Shown: piece by piece, positions 29,055 through 37,200 of the stretch
Position numbering within the stretch: the first letter of the stretch is position 1
Layout of the letters: each line of letters begins with the position of its first letter
DNA from: Candidatus Latescibacterota bacterium
GTDB lineage: Bacteria > Latescibacterota > UBA2968
Assembly: GCA_038279365.1 (NCBI GenBank)
Contig: JAYODI010000056.1
Coordinates: 1 to 39,937 of the forward strand
Direction of reading: 5' to 3'
DNA length: 39,937 bases
Notes under the pieces: model-generated
What the model saw: only the letters and a program-made list of their open reading frames with translations
What the model was told of the DNA's origin: nothing
Database searches by the model: none
Translations under genes and position numbers: made by a program

Positions 29055-30124
29055 ATCGCGTCCTCTTTGAGTATCACCACATGTTCAGGTTTACAGGAAA
29101 GTTGCACTTTTGTACCGGCTTTCGCCAAGGGTTCTGCAGAAGCATAAACCATTGCCTTCCATTCATCACCATTAGATAGTTTAAAAAAATACTGCTCGTG
29201 ATTGCCTAAGAAAAACACCCGCAACACTTCGGCATCAATCATATTTTGACAATCACCACGCACACCCACCTGAATATGCTCGGGACGAACCGAACACCCC
29301 ACCCGATCCCCTACAGAAACATCGACATCCAAATCGGAAACCATATTTCCAAGAGGCGTCTCAACCGTCACGAGGCCATTGGATACGTCCACCACCTTAC
29401 CCGACACCAAATTTGTCTCACCAATAAAATCTGCCACAAATCGACTGCGTGGACGATTATAAACCTCACGAGGCGCACCCAGTTGGCCAATTTTGCCACG
29501 TTGCATAATGGCCATGCGATCTGCCATTGAAAGTGCTTCCGCTTGATCATGGGTTACATATACCATCGTCAAATCCAATTCTTCGTGAATACGTGCAATT
29601 TGATCGCGCATTTCCAAGCGCAAACGCGCATCCAAGTTTGACAAAGGTTCATCCAACAACAAGACATCAGGTTCCAAAACCAATGCCCGCCCCAAAGCCA
29701 CACGCTGTTGCTGCCCCCCCGACAACTGGTTGGGAGAACGCTGGGCATAGTCTTGCATCTGCACCATCTCCAAAGCCCTCGATACGCGTTCATCGCGGTC
29801 TTTTTCTGACACGTTGTGCATTTCCAAACCAAACGTCAAATTCTCACGCACCGACATATGGGGCCACAAAGCATAGTTTTGAAACACCATGCCCGTATTG
29901 CGCAAATGCGGCGGTGTGAGACTCACATCGCGATCATCAAACAAAATACGCCCACCATCCGGAAAGTAGAATCCTGCAATCATGCGCAACAGCGTTGTCT
30001 TTCCACACCCTGATGGCCCAAGAAGAAAAAACAACTCTCCTTTTTCTATGTTGATAGTTACATCGTCTAGTGCACGCACATCACCAAATTGTTTTACCGC
30101 ATGGTCAATCGTAATACGAACCAT
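29051..30124 (-). CDS. ABC transporter ATP-binding protein, FbpC/PotA-like with TOBE domain
   Basis: GPSGCGKT, LSGGQQQR, LLLDEP, VTHDQ. Confidence 0.95.
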   Translation of the reverse strand: MVRITIDHAVKQFGDVRALDDVTINIEKGELFFLLGPSGCGKTTLLRMIAGFYFPDGGRILFDDRDVSLTPPHLRNTGMVFQNYALWPHMSVRENLTFGLEMHNVSEKDRDERVSRALEMVQMQDYAQRSPNQLSGGQQQRVALGRALVLEPDVLLLDEPLSNLDARLRLEMRDQIARIHEELDLTMVYVTHDQAEALSMADRMAIMQRGKIGQLGAPREVYNRPRSRFVADFIGETNLVSGKVVDVSNGLVTVETPLGNMVSDLDVDVSVGDRVGCSVRPEHIQVGVRGDCQNMIDAEVLRVFFLGNHEQYFFKLSNGDEWKAMVYASAEPLAKAGTKVQLSCKPEHVVILKEDAI

Positions 30125-30230
30125 GATAAACTCCTACGCCAGCTTGGTTTTTGCCAATAAAACCACCTAACTCTATTCTCTTGCACAACTTCAAAAATGA
30201 ATATAAAAACATTCAACAAAGCATCACAAC

Positions 30231-32909
30231 CTAATCGTCATCACTGCCATCTCCCAATTCTCGATGTGTTTTTTCAATAAACCGCGCCACCAATGCCGTC
30301 CACCCTGTCTGATGGCTTGCACCAAGCCCTCTGCCCGTATCGGCGTGAAAATATTCATAAAACAAATGCATATCTTCACCATCAGGATCGGTTCCACAAT
30401 GCCCCATTTCACCTTCATAGGGTCGTTTGCCATTTGCATCACTCAAAAAAAGTTTGGTATGTCGCTTTGTCAATTCTTTGGCCACATCACCCAAATGCAT
30501 CATATTGCCCGACCCAGTGGGGCATTCTACCGTGAGCGAATCACCATAAAAGTGGTAATAGCGTTCCAGCGCTTCCACTATCAAATAGTTCAGAGGAAAC
30601 CAAATGGGCCCACGCCAGTTTGAATTGCCACCAAACACATAGGTGTCTGATTCACCTGGCGTATAAGGCACGCGATATTCCCGCCCATCGGCCCAAAATG
30701 TATATGGATTTTTTTCGTGATATTTAGACAAAGAACGAATGCCATAAGGGGATAAAAATTCTTCTTCATCCAATACATATCGCAACACCCGCACCAAACG
30801 CTCCCGTGACGGAATGGCCAACAAACGATAACCATGTGCGGCTCGTTTTTCTAAGTAAGCCACATGACGCGCCAGATCCTTTCTATGCTCCAAAAACCAA
30901 TTCACACGTTTTGAAAATTCGGGCAATGATTTGATGTCTTCATCTGCCAACGTTTCCACAGCAATCAACGGGACAAGCCCCACCAATGAACGGATCTTTA
31001 GAGGGACAAGCCGCCCATCAATACGCAAATGGTCATAATAAAATCCATCTTCTTCGTGCCACAAACCATTTCCACCCAACGTATTGCTTGCATCTAAAAT
31101 ATCTATAAAATGACGGAAAAATTTAAAAGCGATGTCTTCATAGGCAGTGTCTTCACGAGCCAATTCCATGGCAATAGACAACATCGTTCCACAATAAAAA
31201 GCCATCCAAGCCGTGCCATCTGCCTGATCGAGTTTCCCCCCAGTAGGCAACGGTTTGGACCGATCAAATACACCGATATTATCAAGCCCTAAAAAACCAC
31301 CTGCAAAAATATGATTGCCTTCATCGTCTTTGCGATTGACCCACCACGTAAAATTGAGCAAAAGCTTCTGAAACGTTTTGACCAAAAATACCCGATCACG
31401 TTTACCTTGTGGTGCAGTCATTTTATACACGCGCCAACAAGCCCAGGCATGAACGGGTGGATTAACATCGGAAAGAGCAAATTCATAGGCTGGCAATGCC
31501 CCGTTGGGATGTTGATACCATTCGCGCAAAAACAACAGCAACTGTTCTTTGGCAAACTTGGCATCAATGCGTGCAAATGGAATCATATGAAACGCCAAGT
31601 CCCAAGCAGCAAACCAAGGATATTCCCACTTATCTGGCATCGAAATCACATCGCGGCTATAGACATGCCCCCAATCGTAATTACGCCCCAACTTACGCGC
31701 TTCTGGTGGCGCAGGCTGTTCCGGATCTCCATTTAACCAATCAGAAACAATATAATGGTAAAATTGCTTGGTCCACAGCAACCCCGCATAAGCCTGACGC
31801 ATCACCCTCGTTTCTTCTTCACAAAGCCCTTCTGGCATCCGTTGGGCATAAAACGCATTGGCCTCGGCAATACGTGCCTGAAAAACATCCTCAAATCTCT
31901 GCCCAAAAATCTGCTGGGGTGCATCTGCTTCACTAAACAAACGACATCGTATCGACACCGACTCACCTGCTGGCACATGCAATTTATAATGTACAGCTAC
32001 TTTAGTACCCCGCTTATGCGGATTAACAGCATGCACATTTCCAGAAATCACATAGTCGTGAAATGCATCTTTGACATACGGAAAAACATTTTCACTCCCA
32101 AACACTTTTTTTGTATTTGTTTCATTATCTGTAAATATAAACGTAGGAGCACCTGCATCCCCCATCGGTTCCGACTCAAAAAAATACCGCTCCAAACTGG
32201 CATGATTGGTTTCAATGCGTGTATGGCTTACTTGAGCCATTCTGGGTTTTATTTCGCACCCTTCGTGCCGACACCCCCAAACCCACGTATTGCGAAACCA
32301 CAAAGTGGGCAGCACATGTACCGTTGCAGACTCTGGCCCTCGATTGTGCACCGTAACCTTGATCAACACATCATTTGGCCCCTCTTTGGCATATTCGGCC
32401 ACCACGTCAAAATACCGATTATCGTCAAACACACCCGTATCCGCCAATTCATATTCTAACTCGCGCTTTCCTCTGTTTCTATTTTTATGTACCAAATCGG
32501 CATAGGGATATGCAGCTTGTGGATGTTTATAAAGAGCCTTCATATAAGAATGCGTGGGCGTTGAATCGAGATAGTAGTAACATTCTTTTACATCTTCTGC
32601 ATGGTTTCCTTCTGGCCCAGTTAAGCCAAAAAGACGTTCTTTCAAAATGGGGTCTTTCTCATTCCAAAGCGCCACAGAAAAACACAACCGACACTCGCGG
32701 TCGGTTATGCCCAACAGACCATCCTCTCCCCAGCGATATGCCCGCCTGCGGGCATGGTCATGCGTAAAGTAATCCCAACATGTACCATGCTCAGAATAGT
32801 CTTCACGCACCGTACCCCATTGCCGTTCTGATAAATAAGGCCCCCAAAGCTTCCAATACTTTTCTCGGTCCTCATCTTCTTTTAGTCGCTGGTCTTCGGC
32901 TAAAACCAT
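30231..32909 (-). CDS. GH63/MGH1-like glycoside hydrolase (glucosidase)
   Basis: WGPYLSERQWGTVREDYS, SMPDKWEYPWFAAWDLAFH, NSNWRGPIW, FYEYFH.DTGRGLGASHQTGWT. Confidence 0.9.
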   Translation of the reverse strand: MVLAEDQRLKEDEDREKYWKLWGPYLSERQWGTVREDYSEHGTCWDYFTHDHARRRAYRWGEDGLLGITDRECRLCFSVALWNEKDPILKERLFGLTGPEGNHAEDVKECYYYLDSTPTHSYMKALYKHPQAAYPYADLVHKNRNRGKRELEYELADTGVFDDNRYFDVVAEYAKEGPNDVLIKVTVHNRGPESATVHVLPTLWFRNTWVWGCRHEGCEIKPRMAQVSHTRIETNHASLERYFFESEPMGDAGAPTFIFTDNETNTKKVFGSENVFPYVKDAFHDYVISGNVHAVNPHKRGTKVAVHYKLHVPAGESVSIRCRLFSEADAPQQIFGQRFEDVFQARIAEANAFYAQRMPEGLCEEETRVMRQAYAGLLWTKQFYHYIVSDWLNGDPEQPAPPEARKLGRNYDWGHVYSRDVISMPDKWEYPWFAAWDLAFHMIPFARIDAKFAKEQLLLFLREWYQHPNGALPAYEFALSDVNPPVHAWACWRVYKMTAPQGKRDRVFLVKTFQKLLLNFTWWVNRKDDEGNHIFAGGFLGLDNIGVFDRSKPLPTGGKLDQADGTAWMAFYCGTMLSIAMELAREDTAYEDIAFKFFRHFIDILDASNTLGGNGLWHEEDGFYYDHLRIDGRLVPLKIRSLVGLVPLIAVETLADEDIKSLPEFSKRVNWFLEHRKDLARHVAYLEKRAAHGYRLLAIPSRERLVRVLRYVLDEEEFLSPYGIRSLSKYHEKNPYTFWADGREYRVPYTPGESDTYVFGGNSNWRGPIWFPLNYLIVEALERYYHFYGDSLTVECPTGSGNMMHLGDVAKELTKRHTKLFLSDANGKRPYEGEMGHCGTDPDGEDMHLFYEYFHADTGRGLGASHQTGWTALVARFIEKTHRELGDGSDDD

Positions 32910-32939
32910 GCCAGATCTCCAATTGTGGTATCCATTTAA

Positions 32940-34022
32940 CTATGCTTGATCAGGCTCATCACCAAACAAACCCGTTCGCTCAGTTGCTCTTCCAATCATT
33001 TCCCGAATCGTCTTAACCACCTCATTGTCTTGTCTGTCTTCCCCGGGCAAATGATAAAATGCCACCACACGATCAGCAGGAATATCAATACCTTCACGTT
33101 TGAAAATTTCTCGAATACGCGGCACCATTTGTGTATCAATCACCCATTGCTGAGCCGGCCAGAGCAAACCATATAAGCGCATAAACCATTCACCCGTTTC
33201 AAGTTCTACCAATCCTTTGACTTTGGGCGTGCCAATAATGATTTCGGGAAACTGTTTTTCAAACTCCACACCCACCGTTTCAAGCAACACACTTGCCCGC
33301 TCTGCATTATCAAGATCTGCAATGGCCACATCAATATGAAACTCAAATGCCCCTTTTCGATATCGTCCCACCAGTGGAATATTGCGATTTTGAAAAATCA
33401 CTTCTGCGCCAAAATAATTTCGTAAACGTGTTGTGCGAAGACCAATATCTTCCACAATGCCCACTTGCCCCGAAATTTCTACCATATCACCCACAGAAAA
33501 TTGATTCTCAAACAAAATAAAAAAACCCGTTACCACATCTTGTACCAACCCTTGAGAACCAAAACCTATGGCAATACCAATAAGAGACAACGATGCCAAA
33601 TACGTCGTATAATTGATGCCTAACTCAGCCAAGATATATCCAAACGCTGTAAAATAAACCACATATTTAGACACATTGATAAACAACGCATGCATCGTAA
33701 CAGAGCGTTTATGATTTCTAAAAATGAACTTTAAAGGCCCCCACTCCGAATAAACCAAAAATCTGCTGATGATTTGTAGGGCATCCATAAAAAACTTGGC
33801 AATCACCCCAATCATAATAATGATCAGGATCCGGGCAAGCTTCTCATCTAAATTATCTGTCGAAATCGAAAACAAATCCGTCAAAAATCCCGTCACAGAC
33901 GTCATCGCCTTTTTTGTCGCAACAGAGTCTCCCCCCACAGGAACCACAGAAGCCTGCGCCAACAAATTCACAGGACAAACCCATAATACCAGCCATAAGC
34001 CAAAGCGTATTTTTCTTTTCAT
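32940..34022 (-). CDS. MscS family mechanosensitive channel (YbiO/YkuT-like)
   Basis: IGFGSQGLVQDVVTGFFILFENQFSVGD, G.VEDIGLRTT; GAGG RBS. Confidence 0.92.
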   Translation of the reverse strand: MKRKIRFGLWLVLWVCPVNLLAQASVVPVGGDSVATKKAMTSVTGFLTDLFSISTDNLDEKLARILIIIMIGVIAKFFMDALQIISRFLVYSEWGPLKFIFRNHKRSVTMHALFINVSKYVVYFTAFGYILAELGINYTTYLASLSLIGIAIGFGSQGLVQDVVTGFFILFENQFSVGDMVEISGQVGIVEDIGLRTTRLRNYFGAEVIFQNRNIPLVGRYRKGAFEFHIDVAIADLDNAERASVLLETVGVEFEKQFPEIIIGTPKVKGLVELETGEWFMRLYGLLWPAQQWVIDTQMVPRIREIFKREGIDIPADRVVAFYHLPGEDRQDNEVVKTIREMIGRATERTGLFGDEPDQA

Positions 34023-34201
34023 ATTTTACCTCATCCTCCAACGACTGTAATGCAAGCCCCGTGCCAATTTCATTTTACCCCCTAAAAGTGGATCTTACTG
34101 CCTTATAATATACTTATAACACATCATCATGCCATTTTGTCACGACAAACTGGTCGTTTAGACACAGTATCAGAGACAATAGGCTTCTAATTCACAAAAT
34201 G

Positions 34202-34237
34202 CAAAAAGCCCTCGGATCACATATGATCCGAGGGCTT
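34202..34237 (-). terminator. Intrinsic terminator
   Basis: Minus strand aagccctcggatca-tatg-tgatccgagggctt followed by a U tract. Confidence 0.8.
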
Positions 34238-34339
34238 ACCTTGTAATACGTGGGCGACAGCCCCGACCTGATCAAGTCTCGGAAATTCGCAATATCATAG
34301 TCAAGACAATTTTCCAACTTTTTGTTTCATCATCCCAAA

Positions 34340-34927
34340 TTATTGCTTCTTCCAAGGCAATGCATTTGTCACTACAGCCTTTCGCATACTCCGCAACCAA
34401 GCCGCCCACAGCCATTGGGTTTCACTATGTGCTGGTAAAAATGCCGGATCAACCAAATATCGGACCAACCTGTTTTTGCTCAAATCTTCATCCAAAAAAC
34501 CAGCAAGTGCAGAATACGGCACCCAAGCAAATGTGCTGCGTTCGGAATAAGCATCGTTGTTTTCATCGGGAACAGGATGATTCATGATACGCTGTGCGGG
34601 CACAAAGGGTACTTCAACAAAATAAGTTGCAAAATCACCATCAACCACGGGTTTTAGCTTTTTCACCTTCTCCAAAATATCTGCTCGCTTAAAATACCCC
34701 CGCGATTCTTCCTCTGTTTTTGTTGCGGCGGTCTCGGCAACCGTCTCACCCTCACGTGCCCCACCGCCAAACCCTGCCCACCCACGCCTGCTGTTGTGGT
34801 GTTCGGCAAGCAAAAGATACACTTCTCCACCCGACTTAAAATAAACCACCGTTCCAGCGGGCCCTTGGGCATAGGCGTTGCTCAACATAAACAAAGACAC
34901 GCCCAAACACCATATCATTCGTATCAT
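34340..34927 (-). CDS. NUDIX hydrolase with a signal peptide
   Basis: Variant NUDIX box GGAREGETVAETAATKTEEESRG; leader ending AYA-Q; GGAGG RBS. Confidence 0.75.
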   Translation of the reverse strand: MIRMIWCLGVSLFMLSNAYAQGPAGTVVYFKSGGEVYLLLAEHHNSRRGWAGFGGGAREGETVAETAATKTEEESRGYFKRADILEKVKKLKPVVDGDFATYFVEVPFVPAQRIMNHPVPDENNDAYSERSTFAWVPYSALAGFLDEDLSKNRLVRYLVDPAFLPAHSETQWLWAAWLRSMRKAVVTNALPWKKQ

Positions 34928-35035
34928 ATATTCCCTCCGATGTAGAACTTAACCACAATGAATACATAAACATAATGAAAAGCCATCATCCCATAAAGCA
35001 TCAACCAATGTGGAAAGTCAATGGCTTTTTCACAG

Positions 35036-35076
35036 AAAAAATAATAAAGGGTTTGTGTGTAAACACACAAACCCTT
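35036..35076 (-). terminator. Intrinsic terminator downstream of transaldolase
   Basis: 14-bp arms aagggtttgtgtgt / acacacaaaccctt (35047-35076) with a U-rich tail on the minus strand. Confidence 0.75.
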
Positions 35077-35186
35077 CTGGTTGCCCATTGATTCCCCATC
35101 ATCAGATCGCCGGGCAAGCGAACATATCACCTTCTAAAATCTGGTATCACTTTCTAAGCCCAACAAGTCATGCCCCATTGGAACCA

Positions 35187-35861
35187 TTAAACCACGACAG
35201 GTGCACCTTTTTTCTTTCCTGCTTCCCACTTTTCCCAATCGGCCAAAAAGCGCTCCAAACCACTGTCTGTTAATGGATGCGTCAAAAGTTTCTTTAGCAC
35301 ATCAGGAGGCAAGGTCACCACATCGGCACCGGCTAAGGCACACTCCACCACATGCTTAGGCGAGCGCAAACTTGCCGCCAACACCTGCGTTTCAAAACCA
35401 TAATTGTTATAAATTTGGCGAATGGTCGCAATCAACTCCATGCCATCTTGACCCAAATCATCCAATCGGCCAATAAATGGGCTGATATAACTTGCACCTG
35501 CCTTGGCGGCCATAAGCGCCTGTGTGGGTGAAAAACAAAGCGTCACATTGGTGCGAATGCCTTCATTGGAACACGCTTTCACGGCTTTCAAACCATCTAA
35601 GGTAATGGGAATTTTGACCACCACTTGCTCATGAATGGCAGCATTTTTACGCGCCTCGACCATCATCCCTTCAAAATCAGTGCTCACCACCTCTGCACTT
35701 ACTGGCCCATCCACCACTTCACAAATAGCGCGAATGATATCTTCAAACTCACCCGTTTCTTTAGACATCAATGATGGATTGGTCGTCACACCATTTAACA
35801 CACCCATAGACTGCGCTTCTTTAATCTCATCTAAATTGGCTGTATCAATAAAAAACTGCAT
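35187..35861 (-). CDS. tal: Transaldolase, short TalC/FSA-like type
   Basis: FFIDTA, GVTTNPS, SAEV, VVKIP (Schiff-base Lys), [11 protein letters not shown]; Glu and Phe indicate transaldolase rather than FSA; GGAGG before ATG 35861. Confidence 0.92.
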   Translation of the reverse strand: MQFFIDTANLDEIKEAQSMGVLNGVTTNPSLMSKETGEFEDIIRAICEVVDGPVSAEVVSTDFEGMMVEARKNAAIHEQVVVKIPITLDGLKAVKACSNEGIRTNVTLCFSPTQALMAAKAGASYISPFIGRLDDLGQDGMELIATIRQIYNNYGFETQVLAASLRSPKHVVECALAGADVVTLPPDVLKKLLTHPLTDSGLERFLADWEKWEAGKKKGAPVVV

Positions 35862-35880
35862 GCCCACCTCCTCAAAAAAG

Positions 35881-35985
35881 GGTCGCAAGTCACACGTCTG
35901 CAAGTCATAGGTCTAAATCAAAAAACGCTTTAAAAGTTTGGTTTTAAGACTTGTGACCTGAAGTCCAGTGACCTGTGACCAGTAA
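35881..35985. repeat. Intergenic imperfect inverted repeat made of short periodic units
   Basis: ggtcgcaagtc...caagtca on the left mirrored by gacttgtgacc...gtgacctgtgacc on the right. Confidence 0.5.
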
Positions 35986-35999
35986 CTGATTTATTAACC

Positions 36000-37046
36000 T
36001 TAAAATACCCGTTCAACCAAAAACGAACACATCTCACGCAATGTTTCACGTGCATCCGTTTCTGGCAACTGATCTAAATAAGCCGCAGCAGCTTCGGCAC
36101 GTGAATGACACACTTGGGTAGCTTTTTCAATTGCCCCATAAGTATCCATCAACTCAATGACCCACTCAACATCTTCGGGCGTGGTCAGATCACGATCTTG
36201 ATCCAAAATGGTGCGCACACGTTTATGTTCTTCATCCGTACACCGATTCAAAAGATCAATTACCATCAACGTACGCTTGCCTTCGGCAATATCCCCCCCA
36301 CGCTCTTTGCCATACCCCCCCGAGGTGGTGGTGGGTGCTTGAGAAGCATCGGACTCAGAAACCACCAAATTGAGCAAATCATCGCGAATTTGAAACGCCA
36401 CAGCCATCGACTCGCCAAAGTCACCTATCAACTTTTGCTGTTCAACGGTTGCCCCTGCAATAATCGCCCCCATTTTACACGGGCCTCGTCCACTGTACCA
36501 CCCCGTTTTTCGGCGCAACATTTCAATAAAAGCATCCACTTCAGGAATTTCTTCGGCCTCAATCCATCCAATATCAAAAGCTTGCCCCTCAAAGGTCATG
36601 CGCGCACCATAAATCATTTCTTCAATCAAATCCAAAGTCATCGCATCATCAAGTATTTTTCGATTGGCCGTCAGCACCTCAAACACCTTGGCATACAGCG
36701 CATCACCCACATTAATGGCCAAAGGGATGCCATGTAAATGATGCAAACACGGTTTGCCACGCCGCATTTCTGAGCCATCTTCAATATCATCGTGCACAAG
36801 TGCAAACGACTGAAACAACTCAAAAACCGCCGCCGTATGCAACCCCAAACGCGGGTCCCCTCCAAATGCTTCACACCCCAACAAAACCAATGCAGACCGA
36901 AACCGCTTGCCACCGCGAATGGGATAATCGCGCATTGGTTCATACAAAAACTTCAAAGGCTCCCGATCTTGGGGCAAAAACGCAAACAACGCCTCATCTA
37001 TTTGGGGCACCCAAGTTTCTAAATATGTTTTTAAACGTGCTTCCAA
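36000..37046 (-). CDS. Polyprenyl diphosphate synthase, probably short-chain (GGPP-type)
   Basis: GGKRFR, FARM FALVHDDIED..S..RRG with Phe at -5, GQAFD, KT, SARM variant FQIRDDLLN; GAGG RBS before TTG. Confidence 0.9.
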   Translation of the reverse strand: MEARLKTYLETWVPQIDEALFAFLPQDREPLKFLYEPMRDYPIRGGKRFRSALVLLGCEAFGGDPRLGLHTAAVFELFQSFALVHDDIEDGSEMRRGKPCLHHLHGIPLAINVGDALYAKVFEVLTANRKILDDAMTLDLIEEMIYGARMTFEGQAFDIGWIEAEEIPEVDAFIEMLRRKTGWYSGRGPCKMGAIIAGATVEQQKLIGDFGESMAVAFQIRDDLLNLVVSESDASQAPTTTSGGYGKERGGDIAEGKRTLMVIDLLNRCTDEEHKRVRTILDQDRDLTTPEDVEWVIELMDTYGAIEKATQVCHSRAEAAAAYLDQLPETDARETLREMCSFLVERVF

Positions 37047-37064
37047 ATTACATTCCTCTCGGTT

Positions 37065-37180
37065 GAATCAGCGAATTGACGAATTGACGAATCAGCGCAC
37101 AGCCGCAAGCGACAACGAGCGTAGCGAGGTAATCAGCAAATCAAAAATTTGTTTTAGGTTTCGCCTGTTCGTCTGTTCGG
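37065..37180. repeat. Intergenic 8-mer tandem/inverted repeat element
   Basis: gaatcagc-gaattgac-gaattgac-gaatcagc opposite ttcgcctg-ttcgtctg-ttcg, with central cgagcgtagcgag. Confidence 0.55.
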
Positions 37181-37200
37181 CCTTTGCTTTTTCGTCTCTC

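Noticed and set aside
28017-29147. His-rich plus-strand ORFs of 150-190 aa
   Set aside because: Antisense shadows of Val/Met-rich permease codons.
34255-34290. TPP riboswitch suggested by acctgatc
   Set aside because: CUGAGA and the remaining core are missing, and it is on the wrong strand for the downstream gene.
35090-35135. Fluoride riboswitch-like GGTGAT...CTGATG on the minus strand
   Set aside because: The pseudoknot pairing and 3' CCUA-type end are absent.
37065-37180. CRISPR array
   Set aside because: Units are 8 nt with no unique spacers, and no cas genes are present.
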